Notes under the pieces: model-generated | The model's database searches: none | The model's input: only the letters and a program-made list of their open reading frames with translations | Told to the model about the DNA's origin: nothing | Source of the DNA: Basidiobolus meristosporus CBS 931.73 | Lineage: Eukaryota > Fungi > Basidiobolomycota | DNA: 64,000 bases | Direction of reading: 5' to 3' | NCBI GenBank assembly: GCA_002104905.1 | Contig: MCFE01000091.1 | Span: forward strand, 1 to 64,000 | In this document: positions 53,663 to 64,000 of the stretch, piece by piece | Numbering within the stretch: position 1 is the stretch's first letter | Layout: each line of letters opens with the position of its first letter | Made by a program: the position numbers and the translations under genes

Positions 53663-54655
53663 CTATTTCTGCGCATTACCTGGAGCAATAGTGACATTTT
53701 TTAAACCTGATAAAGTGCGCTGAGTAGAGGTACGTGAGGTGGGTGCCGAATGCTCGTCGTCGGACTCTTCTTCCAGAATGTATCCTGGGGAGAAGCCAGA
53801 GTGAACCGTATCGAGGTTACCCTCTTCTATTTCCGATGTAGCACCCTCTTTGAATACAACAGTATTACGCTTTCCTCTCGTAAGATGTTGCTTGTTCCTT
53901 TGAATGTAAACGGGTTAAAACCTACATTGGTAGACGAATTCAAGCGAAAGAAGGGCTCCTACTTCCGTATCATGTTGAACAAGCGGAAGAACTGGATAGT
54001 GTTACGGAAAACCAGGAACAGTGTAGTAGCCAGCTCGCCGCGTCCACGTATCGTTGTGCAGTCCATAAATAAAAATACAACCGTGACAATACATAGAAGC
54101 ACAAGCACAACATCAAGAACATTCATCCAAGATTTCCAAAATATCTATATGCAAACATCAAGAGATCGTTAAGTAAGCTATCGTAAAAATTACGTTGTCG
54201 CACTAGTACCTTCCCATACGCAAATAAGCGGATGGTGACCTCGACTATCATAACCGTATTTACGATGAGCTCCAATACAACATAAAATGTTCCAGGGCTG
54301 ATGGGTTGCTGTTAGCAAGAGCTCTTTCTGAACGATGGCAATTATCTTTGCGAAAACCTACCATGGTTGTAATAAGGACTATTGAGAAGCGTCAAGGATG
54401 GGTCAATTATTAACAGAAATAAAAGCGGGAAACGCGAATGTCATCTCACCATGATAACCGAAATAAGCGAGAGTATGACCATGACAATGTACAGTGCAGT
54501 GTAGAATTTCGAAAATACCAACTGATGTACTCGATCAGACCGAGAGATTTTCTCAACAGTAACGTCGGCGGTGTTTTTAGTTCTACAGGATGGCTAAGGT
54601 AAGAACGAGACTAACTTGGGCACAACAGCCAATATCCTTACATGGTTGCAGTCAT
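53663..54655 (-). CDS. Stand-alone voltage-sensor-like (S1-S4) membrane protein, 6 exons, 222 aa
   Basis: Exons 54655-54642, 54582-54450, 54378-54362, 54297-54210, 54144-53963 and 53897-53663 are joined by GT-AG introns of 59-71 nt into 669 nt without stops. Segments: S1 FYTALYIVMVILSLISVI, S2 LELIVNTVMIVEVTIRLFAYG, S3 WMNVLDVVLVLLCIVTVVFLF, S4 LVFRNTIQFFRLFNMIRK. Confidence 0.85.
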
Positions 54656-55499
54656 TTTTGGTCTAGGAGCAGTATGAGGTGTTCCTCTTGACTTCAGCGT
54701 GATTAATGATTAAAGCTTAAGTTCGCTAGCCAGTTGGCAAGAAATGGTCATATGGAAGGGAGAGTAGGGAAGAACACTCGATCTGGGCAAATATGTGATT
54801 GAATCAGGGAGAGATTAATATTTATAAGACAAAAGCGAGCTTTCTTGACCAATATTCTTGCTGTTAAACCGCACTAGTCATGAGAAAACAAATATTATAT
54901 CTCGTATTCAAAATAAGCTTTTATAGTAAAGAGGTTGGTTTCAACATCCACCTTTGATTTCCAGATTAGGAATCTGAAATGCCTGCTGTATTACTTCGAC
55001 TCTTCTATTGGTATGCGAACTTAAACTAAACGGTCTTCATTGGCTGTCCATCAAGATTCAGAGTCTAAGATCGATTTAGCATCTAACGCACCATTTTACA
55101 CCCACTGGAATACAATGAGCTAATTGGACCATTGTATCCCGTTCCCTGATGCCTGTCAAACCATTAACGAATGACGGTGATGATGTTTCATTTTACATGT
55201 TGTATCGAGCTATGAACAATGCGTGTGAAAGGGCCAAGACATTACGTTACGTGCATACATATATATATATTTGCTAGATACTAATTGATTGTTACGTGTG
55301 GGGACTGAATGGTGCCATTCGAATGAACGCAGAGGCTTGCTCTTTGCTCTACACATACTTGTCCGATAGTACTAGCATTCCCTACACTTGCGGCTATAAT
55401 GTTTATGGGAGAAGACTCTTTCATGCCATTTATTTTAAGTGAGATGACCTTATAAAGATGAAATAAGAAATGCTAAGAATGATGGAAATTTTCTAGAAT

Positions 55500-56477
55500 C
55501 TACCAATTGTAATAAGGCTTGGGATTGTATACAGGTTTGTTATTTCCGAAGGAGGTCCATACTTTCTTGGTTTCCTTGAAGCGATGGATATTTCTTCTCT
55601 TAGCTCTACCAAGATCAGGCTGTTCTTCTATTTCCTTGACGATAAACTTCATGTGAGCACTTGGATGATGCTTAATTCCATGTCTTCCACGACTGTGGGG
55701 TTGAACACGCTTGAGATATTGTCCTTTGCCGACCCAGGCCTGGGCTATGAAAAAGGAGAAATGTAAATCGACTCATTCGATAAGATCGCGTCAGGACAAA
55801 GCAGTTGCTTACCAATATACATCTTCTTGGGATCCATATCCTTTTGAAGTTGAGCGTTCTTACGCAAGAAAGTCAAGTTGTGGAGGATTTTGTTCGAGGA
55901 ACGTTTGGGAGAGAATTCCATTTGGACAATGGCCTTGTCCAAGGGGAGACCAGCAATCTGCTTAGAGATAAAACGAAGCTTTCTTGGACTACCTTTGAAG
56001 TTGGCGGTAGAAAAGCGGTACTATGCGGCGTTTCAATCGAGAGATAAGCAAGCGAGATACATGGGAATAGAGTAAGGGCATGCGAAATATACCTCTTTTC
56101 CAAGCACTTCATTTTGGGCTTTTTCACCTCCGAGGATGGCCTTTTTACCCTTCTTCTCTACCTCAGTTTCAACTTTCTCAGCAATTTGTTCGAATAAAGG
56201 AGAAGCAGACACCTCAGGTCGAGATAAATCAAGCTTGGGTGAAGTGGAGTGGAGGTAACGGATACTTCGAAGCCAAAGATATAAGGTATTAGATATCTAT
56301 ACGGTGATAAAACTGACGAAGGAATAACCCACCCAACACCTGCGCTGCGCGAGCCGTTAATTCTGCAAAGCTTGAAAGCCGAGGCTGTGGTGTCTTAGTT
56401 TTTTGCAACCAAATGGCGAGATCTATAGGCGAGATGGGCTTACCAAGAGTATTGATTTGACACCTTGAGCTGAGCAT
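55500..56477 (-). CDS. MRPL22: Mitochondrial ribosomal protein uL22m, multi-exon
   Basis: SPRKLRFISKQIAGLPLDKAIVQMEFSPKR, QAWVGKGQYLKR...GRHG...AHMKFIV, ending KPVYNPKPYYNW*. Confidence 0.9.
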
Positions 56478-56764
56478 ATTGACTTTCTCGAGAAACCACT
56501 ACAAGTCTATCAACAGCTATATCAATTTTTCTGATACAAAATGCGAAATTTTCCTAGTGGGCCTTTTTTTCTCAAAGTCCCCCAAAAGATAGTCAACGTC
56601 CTTGCCACTGCCATTGGAAAGGAAAATGGAGACGAAAGTTGTATCCCTCGATTTTGTTTGTTAAATCCCTATTCCTAGCATCGGTCACATTCGTGATTTA
56701 TTTTCTGTTTATCTAATAACTTTAGGTAGACGCGCTATAACGGTTTGGTGTACAACTGGCAGAC

Positions 56765-59700
56765 ATGACCGATTGGCTTGATGAGCTTTCTTCGGATGAC
56801 AGTTTAAAGGATTTCATCGTAGGAGAAGAAGATCAGAGCGATGGAGACTACAAACAAGAGATCCCGAAGAACAACTTTGAAGTTGAGATCATAACGCCGC
56901 GGCGATCCAAACTTGTTCAAGTATCGGGAAAAAATGACAGTGACGAGGAAGAGGACCAGGAAGAAGAGGAGGATGAGGAAGAGGGTAGTGATGAGGCAGG
57001 GGATAATGAATGGGAGGTGGAGGACATCATGAAGCAAAAAATTGTCAAGGTATTGATTTGACGTCCGGTGAATATTCTCCTGAATAGAACAGCACAATAA
57101 CCATGTATATGAGCCAGAAAGAAGAATGGTACTTGATAAAATGGCGCGGATACGATGAACTGACGTAGGTTCACCTTCTCAATTGGTTCGATATTAAGCA
57201 CTTACCTTTCTACGTGTTATAGCTGGGAGCCATTGGATCATTTAAATTGCCCAGAGCTTTTGCAAGACTTTCTCGACCGCTCCGGCCTCAAAAGCGTTTA
57301 TTTCGAGTCTGACAAGGAGCCATCGACCAGCTCTCATCCCCAAGTAAATACCATCTGTTCGCTGTGATATTGATACACACCTATCTTTACACTTCGACAT
57401 GATAGATTGCCACCCGAGAAAAGTCTCAAAGGATATCAAACAAAAACGCCGGCGGCTTTTCTTCCGTCGCAAAGTTCAAGAGTACCCTTGCACCTTCGAA
57501 ATCAAAGGCCAAAAACAGCACAGAAGCACCTGCAGGGTACAAACGAAAGCACGGATACGATGCTTCTGCGCTGAGAGTGAGTTGAGACAAACAAGGTTTA
57601 CTCCAATCTTTCAACGAATTAACTATCACCATTATGAATATTAGTCGGAAACTGAATTGGAATACGAGAAGCAACTTCGTGAACGAGGTATATGCACGTT
57701 ATGAATCAACTAAGAAGCACCCAGAACCAAGCCATCTAACCTGCATTTCTATAGAAAACCTGATCCAAACCTTAAACAGCCAATACGCATCACTTCCCAG
57801 ATTTAAAAAGGCTCGCGGAAGTATTCCCTCCACCCCCCGTCGCGTATCAACTCGCCCTTACGAAAAAGAGTCGGTGTTGCCGACAGTCATACCAAACCAT
57901 TCCATATCACCTCAAACCGCGATTGCGCAAGCAAGTTCAAAAGAAGCGGAACCAGAAGCGGCACCTCAACAGGAACGGGCATCGGTATCCAACCCCTTAG
58001 GCTCGATCGAATCGTCTCCACCAACGAGATCCCCTGTTCGCAAGCCCCCCTTTGTGCCAGAGAGAAGCAAGGTGAAGCCTGGTGAGATTGATCGCTCACC
58101 GAAAACAAACCCCATCCGTGACTCGAGCCAATCACCAAAGATAAACAACCCTGATAGACCGAAATACACGCCAAAGGCAAATCCGACCCAGGGCTCTAGT
58201 CATCCACCTAATACACCTCGAGCTCGTGAACCTGACTCCTTGAGCCATATCAGGGCCCGAGAGTCAGCTGTGAGTCCAATGAACAAAGATAGCCGCAAGG
58301 TCATCATGAGTAAGAGTGTATCAGACCCGCGAAAACCGGCCATGCTGAGCACCTCCTCAAGCTACAGAGACAAGATTGAAACTGGAGCGACCGCTCTTAC
58401 GCCTCAATCCACAGCCGAAGCGATGTTTGGCTCGGTCCCACTGTTTAGCAAGAGCCTGGCGAATAGTATGGGTATGAGCAGTGATTCGGATTCCTCCGAT
58501 AGCTTGGGTTTCAATGGGCAAGAGCGATCACTCATGCAGAAGCCCGGTGCACAATCTAAGACCAACCAGGAGCACTCCGCTGATGTAAGACTTCGTAGCA
58601 TATCACCATTGCGCATACAACTAACAACGAGGTCGCATATGAAGTGGATTTGCCGTTTGTACAAAGGGAAGAGCAAAGAAGTAGGGTTAGTCCGCGTGGG
58701 CCTGACTGATAGCAAGGATACCAAACTACTAGAGATCATGTAAATATAGAGCGCGTGCAAATATAGTGACATCAATGCATATTAACCGGCCTAACAGGAA
58801 AGACAAGAACAGCATATGCTTTTCAAAGACAATCCGCTGCTCATATGTCAAGCCTCTAGTCGACCAGGCGTTTCGAAACAATGCCATCTCTACTTGCTAT
58901 GTGCACCTCGCCAACAGGGATAGCGACGAGCAGAAGCTTAGTAGATTCACGTCATTCCTGGCACGCGAAGGACTGGTATGCCATCCATCTCTGATCCCAG
59001 ACCTTATTCAATTTGTCCTGAACATTGTTTTGCAGGTTGGAATCACCACATACAAGAATCTAGTCGTCATTGCGTCCCCCATGCACCCTGACATCCACCC
59101 GTTGTTCCAGAACCCATCAGATAACTTGAGCCGCGTATATATGCTGCTAATCAATGACCCCAAACTTGCAAAAGATGGACTACACTACGACCAGCTGTAT
59201 TAGACATCCCAGTTGCCTCGCATCTTCGAATGTTGGCTAAATTCTGTTATGATTTCAATAGGCTGCCTAGAACTGTAGAATTCACCTCGAAATGGCCTAT
59301 AACTCCGGCCAATTTGCACCACAGAACTTGGGAAAGTCTCCTTGGGTTCACGGTAGGTTGGATATGGTGCGGGATAATACAACGTCAACTGATTTCCATT
59401 TGATATTGCTGCAGACCGAGTGCCCCTACAGTCAAGTATCGATTTTTGGCCCTGAAAACCATCCGGAGGTCCTATCGATGGAAGCGCTGCTGAAAGACCG
59501 CAACATACCGATCGACGCCACTATGAAGGATCCCAAGACAAATGCGCTTCTGGTACGTTTTGAGACGTTTCGTATTTTGGGCATGGCGTAGGCATATTCA
59601 TGGCGTGTTTCTCTAGATTCATCGTTCGTCATTGAGTCAGATCCATATGATTCCAAGCCTCAATGACCTGAAGCAACGCGAGCCCTTTGCTTTCATCGTG

Positions 59701-60421
59701 TTTGGCTTCGCGGTCAACATATCACCCGAGCAGGCGTTGTCGAGTATGGTTTTCCCTTCGGGGGGTATAGTGACAGTGACGACCGAGTTACTGTTGGCCA
59801 ACGACAGGATCCTGCACAAACTAATGGAATACAAAGACCTGGTAAGCGCTCACCAAACAGCCGTTTGCCCCCTCTCTAGACTCTAATGCTTGCGAGTCTC
59901 CCCAGAAACGGTATGTCGAGAAATGGAGAATCGTCATATCTGACTCTACCCTCAAGGCTATTCGTGCGGAGGCGGCGAACCATCATGCGACGTAAGTAAA
60001 CCCGAATGGAACGATGCTTGGAATCCATACCAAACGTACTTTTTAGGGCAATCAAGAGTTGCCAAATTGTGGAGGACTTAATTCGATCCGAGCGTATCAA
60101 GTGCATTGGCTCAAACGAGGTACGGCTCAGCGTCAACTCCCAAAATAGCAACCGTATTGATGCACTTCCTCCATTTAGACTAAACCAGATGCCGAAGCCC
60201 AATCCGGAACGATCGGTATGATGCTCAAATTACAAGGCTTGCTGAAGGCTGAATGTAGGCACTTCATCGTTCTTACAACCAAGGAGACAATGGAGCCCAG
60301 TCGTCTTGGAGTAAGTGATCCCTTTGACATGCTGATGGACAACCAGTATCTAACCATGGTCCAGGTCCAGTTCGTAGAGCCGCCGGACATCTACAAGTGG
60401 TTCAACCTCGAGAAGCTGTAA
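56765..60421 (+). CDS. Chromodomain protein with long disordered linker and large C-terminal region, multi-exon
   Basis: Spliced chromodomain NEWEVEDI...[27 protein letters not shown]..F, acidic N-terminus, Pro/Ser-rich middle. Internal exon structure only partly resolved. Confidence 0.75.
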
Positions 60422-60800
60422 TTCCCAGTTAGATGATAGATTTTGATGTAAATAAAGACTTCAGTTTTGCTGATTGATTCCTACCATCTCGAACGATATC
60501 CATCATTAGCGATAGAATTTTCTCTTAACCATGGGTGTGCTAGAAATGGGATAGTTTCCAACCAATTCGAGCAAGGATCATCCAAAGAAATCGCATGCGC
60601 AAGGAGGGAGGGTTTTTTTTTTCACCGGATTTCCCGAAAATTTTTTCTGCCCCCTTCAAGTATAAAGGCGGGGCGGCCTGCGGTGGTTCCCTCAACCCAC
60701 CATCTTTTAGTTCAAGGTAAATATCAGTTCCCCACTAGCGCTCGCTAGTGTTCGCATCCCCCCCATTGAGGCCCTCCTTACTGACTCGTGTTATTTGCAG

Positions 60801-60877
60801 ATGAGAGATAAGTGGAGAAAGAAGAGACAAAGACGTCTTAAGCGCAAGAGAAGAAAGATGAGAGCCAGATCCAAATA
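60801..60877 (+). CDS. RPL41: Ribosomal protein eL41 (eS32) gene with an apparent 1-nt deletion
   Basis: MRDKWRKKR, then in the shifted frame RRLKRKRRKMRARSK*; 77 nt versus 78 expected. Preceded by TATAAA at 60661 and a 5'-UTR intron 60717-60800 ending immediately before the ATG. Confidence 0.85.
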
Positions 60878-61113
60878 ATCTGCTCAATCCGGACTCGTTC
60901 CCGCCGACCCTCCGTTGTCGAGAACCTAATTGAATAGATTCCCGATTTTTGCCATCCAATGATCAATAAATCGCACCAATTTCTCAGAACCATCGTCTAG
61001 TGAACAATATGTACTGTTTAATATGATCAGGTCTAACTAGTATGCAAAGCAAAAATGGTGCACACGTACATGTGGTTGTTACCCAGTTGTCCCTTGGGCC
61101 TCTAGAAATCTGT

Positions 61114-62848
61114 TTATTCAAATATCTTGCGCTCCTCGGCAAATCTAGATTGTACAAATCGGATGAATTCCTCAGGGTAGTTGTCTTCCAGCTTACCGAG
61201 CATGTTGTCGTGGCGATCGGCCTCCTCTACAGTCAAACATATGCAGTTCTGGATGGTCAGTGGTTGATGGCGATCCCACCGAGTCAAGGCCAGTTTATCC
61301 AAGGCCCCAGAGAGGGCACTTCTACTACGCCACAGCTCCTCCAAGACGTAGCCAGCTTCGGACTTGCTCAATCCAGGGGAAGAGGCGCTGCATGGGGTCA
61401 GGAACAGTTAGGTTGGTACTTGATGGTGAGCGTGGAGGGGGGCTGCGGTTACAGTTACCTGAACGTGTTTTTCTCTTCACGTGCCACCAGGTCTCTTTTG
61501 AGTTTTGAGAAGGTGTTGTCTTTCTGCTTGACGAACAGTGGTTGAACCTTATGCTCGGCTAACTCACAGATCACCCAAGAAGCCATGCTCATGCCGAAGA
61601 TTGCTGCGAGGGTACCTGTCGCGCGTGGGTAGGTTAAGGGCGGGTTCCATCAGGATAGGGGATCTGTAGTGAAGATATGTACCAAATGTCGGCAAGGTGG
61701 GAATTCGTCCTTCGGGGTAAATGGCGTATTGATCATATTCGCCAGCAGCCTCTTGAGCTACAACAATGGCGCACGGCCGGTCAACAAATATCCTCTGACA
61801 CCACACTGACAAACCACTCACCTGTCTTGAATTCGGTTGGTTTCTCGATCGAGTGGATCATGCCGATGTTGTTCTCCACTCCGAGTTTCCGGAGCTTGCG
61901 GCGGAGGACTCGTGCCCAAGGATCGTCTAATGTGCAGCGATTCAAGTCAGTCGAATGTTCGGGGGGGAAGGCATACGTGGGGGACTAACCGAAGGTATCG
62001 CTAAGGTCTGAGATTTGAATCCTTGAGGGATCCGCTTTCCCACCTGCGTAGGAGGTGCTGATAGCCTAATGAATGTATGAGGCTAGGTTCGCATTGTCCA
62101 TAAAATGGCGATATCACCTACCCGAAGCTGGTGATCGTGGCAGTATTTCAAGAGGTCAACTTTCGTCTGGAGATCTTGAACACAATCTAGCACGTAATCG
62201 GGCTGTCCTAAAGAATTGACGGTTGAGTTCGGTTGGATGCGAGTGTGGTTGTCGATGCTTCCTAATAAAGGGGTTTCTACCTTCGAGCATCCAAGAGGCC
62301 GTATCTTTACTGAAGCTGTCGATGACTGCCTCCACCTTCGCGTGGGGTACTATCTCTCTGATATGCTTCTTCAACACAACTGCGTTGGGAATCCCAATGT
62401 CCTCAACTGTGGCCAAAGCATGTTGGTTCATGGTCTCTCGGGTCACCTCACCGTGGTCGATAATCTTCACGCTCCCCACACCAGAGCGAAGTAACATAAG
62501 CGCGACCCAGGAGCCGATACTTCCACAGCCGACGATCACTACCGAAGCGTTGCGCAATTTCTGCACCCCTTCCTCTCCCAGAAAGGCGATGTTTCTCGAG
62601 AACTGCTCCCGCAACAAGCGGTCATCTGCTGCTGCCGCCACCGTGGCTTGGGGCAGAAGGGGGTCCTCGACGGAATACTCCTGGTAATCCTCCTTGACTT
62701 CCGCCTTCAGCTTCTTCGAGATTCTCTCGGCCTGGGCTTTCTGGAGTCTCAGAAGGGTGAGCGCGGTGACCAGCGAGCTTACACCGGCCGTGAGGAGGAC
62801 CTGGACCTTGTGGTCCTTGAGGAGATGGGTGAGGTTTTCAAGGTTCAT
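61114..62848 (-). CDS. ThiF/E1-like tRNA threonylcarbamoyladenosine dehydratase-like protein (TCD1/2 family), divergent
   Basis: N-terminal TM, LREQFSRNIAFLGEEG..KLR...VVIVGCGSIGSW..MLLRSGV, PDYVLDC, KADPSRIQISDLS.T..DP.AR..RRKL, C-terminal LALTRWD...CICLT..EA..H. Confidence 0.85.
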
Positions 62849-63335
62849 GGGTTTCTGGACGGTAGAGGGGAGTGCGTTGATGGTGGGGATTTTTTTGGAC
62901 CGCTTGATGAGGGAAAATTTCCTACGGATTATTGGATCATATTGGTCTGCTGGGATGGGAAAAAAATCCGCTGGATTTGTGGGTCAAGCACATCACCCAA
63001 GTGACTGCTTTCAGAGTTGAGAGTTGACCGGTCATTCACAGTGCTGTGTGGTTGTCCTTGGATCAGACAAAGCCGATGGAATTCGTATGGATTCATTAGT
63101 GGCTTTTATTAGAAATCGGCTGTACATTAGAGAGATGATGAATGGTGGTATTCTCTGAAAGGAGGGCTGTGGGGGTTGATGATCACGGATATATGGTGTA
63201 GGAGGTGGAGGTGGATCAACTTTCACGATTCACTTGTCATTACTTTCCAGATCCCTGTTGAGTCTGAACAAACATAGAGTCGTGAGGGGAGGGAGGGAAG
63301 TTAGTGATGCAAGCCTGAGGTCAAGCGGGTTGACT

Positions 63336-63852
63336 CTATGGTTCGTTAAGCTCTCGTAAAAAGACCGTATCATTGCGGTTGTTCGAGTGGTCAGGTGGTC
63401 GGAAGAAAGTGTCGGCCTGGAGTTTGTTTTCGAATTTTTGCGTGGGCTGGTTGGAGAAGAGAATGAGGTGAGTGCAGGAAACATGGCGGTATTGGTGCTC
63501 GATGTGGAACTACCTTTAATTTCCACTTGCGGAATATGAAGATACCTATGGCCGAGAGGACCACAACCACTCCAACCGACACTCCAGCTATGATCACGGT
63601 CTTGCTTCCGCTGCTGCTTCCACCACCGCTCCCGCCACCGCTATTGCCTTGGCCGCCGTCGTTTGAGGGGGGTTGTGGCTGTACCGGAGTTGGGTAGTCA
63701 GTTTCGGTGGCGACGATTTTTGTCACTGTGCTGCCGGCTCCAGTGGCAGTCACTATGTTTGTGCTTGTGCGGGTGCTTTGGGCAGTTGCCTGAAGACATG
63801 CGGCGAGGAGAACCAAGACAAAGTAGGTCAGAGAGGATTTTGTGTAGAGCAT
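63336..63852 (-). CDS. Small type-I single-pass surface protein (Mid2-like topology), 2 exons
   Basis: Signal peptide, short Thr-rich ectodomain, Gly/Ser linker, TM VIIAGVSVGVVVVLSAIGIFIF followed by RKWKLK; spliced cytosolic tail ending VFLRELNEP*. Confidence 0.75.
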
Positions 63853-64000
63853 ACTCAAACGGACGAGTGGGCAGAAAAACCGGGAACGTGAGCAAGTGGA
63901 CAAGGGGAGGCAGAAGGGGGAGAAGGAGAAGGAGAAGGAGGAGGGGAAACAGGATTTCTTTGCAAAAGTGGCGAGGCCAAAAAGTGGACGAGTTAAGGGG

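Noticed and set aside
53750-54172. 140-aa plus-strand ORF from the track
   Set aside because: Antisense to exons 5-6 of the voltage-sensor-like gene and has no protein-like features of its own.

Overview
Eukaryotic, fungal DNA; probably an early-diverging (zygomycete-grade) fungus, inferred from short ~50-85 nt GT-AG introns, ERG25 and a DNMT1-type methyltransferase. Bases 1-9.3 kb are an AT-rich, strongly CpG-depleted transposon graveyard: a decayed LINE reverse transcriptase, a 155-bp tandem repeat and solo-LTR-like elements with 5-bp target-site duplications. More copies of the LTR-like family lie at 28.9-30.1 kb and 35.2-35.5 kb. The rest is gene-dense: a Cys-nucleophile alpha/beta hydrolase, Zn-ADH, NUDIX hydrolase, LCP5/NGDN, acetyl-CoA synthetase, TRAPPC2L, DNMT1, ERG25, HEM12, UAP1, mitochondrial AAT, GPAT, BST1/PGAP1, VPS25, a tail-anchored coiled-coil protein, a TBC protein, RPS1, a Myb/SANT protein, MRPL22, a chromodomain protein, RPL41, a TCD-like ThiF protein and a small single-pass surface protein. 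Most notable: a six-exon pore-less voltage-sensor-like (S1-S4) gene absent from the ORF track; an intron that splits the ERG25 start codon; tandem iron-GATA-type sites between ERG25 and HEM12; a CUE-like N-terminus on DNMT1; a 1-nt-short RPL41; and an intronless bacterial-like hydrolase beside the TE block. No tRNA, rRNA or CRISPR array was found. Exon boundaries were read by eye and are predictions.
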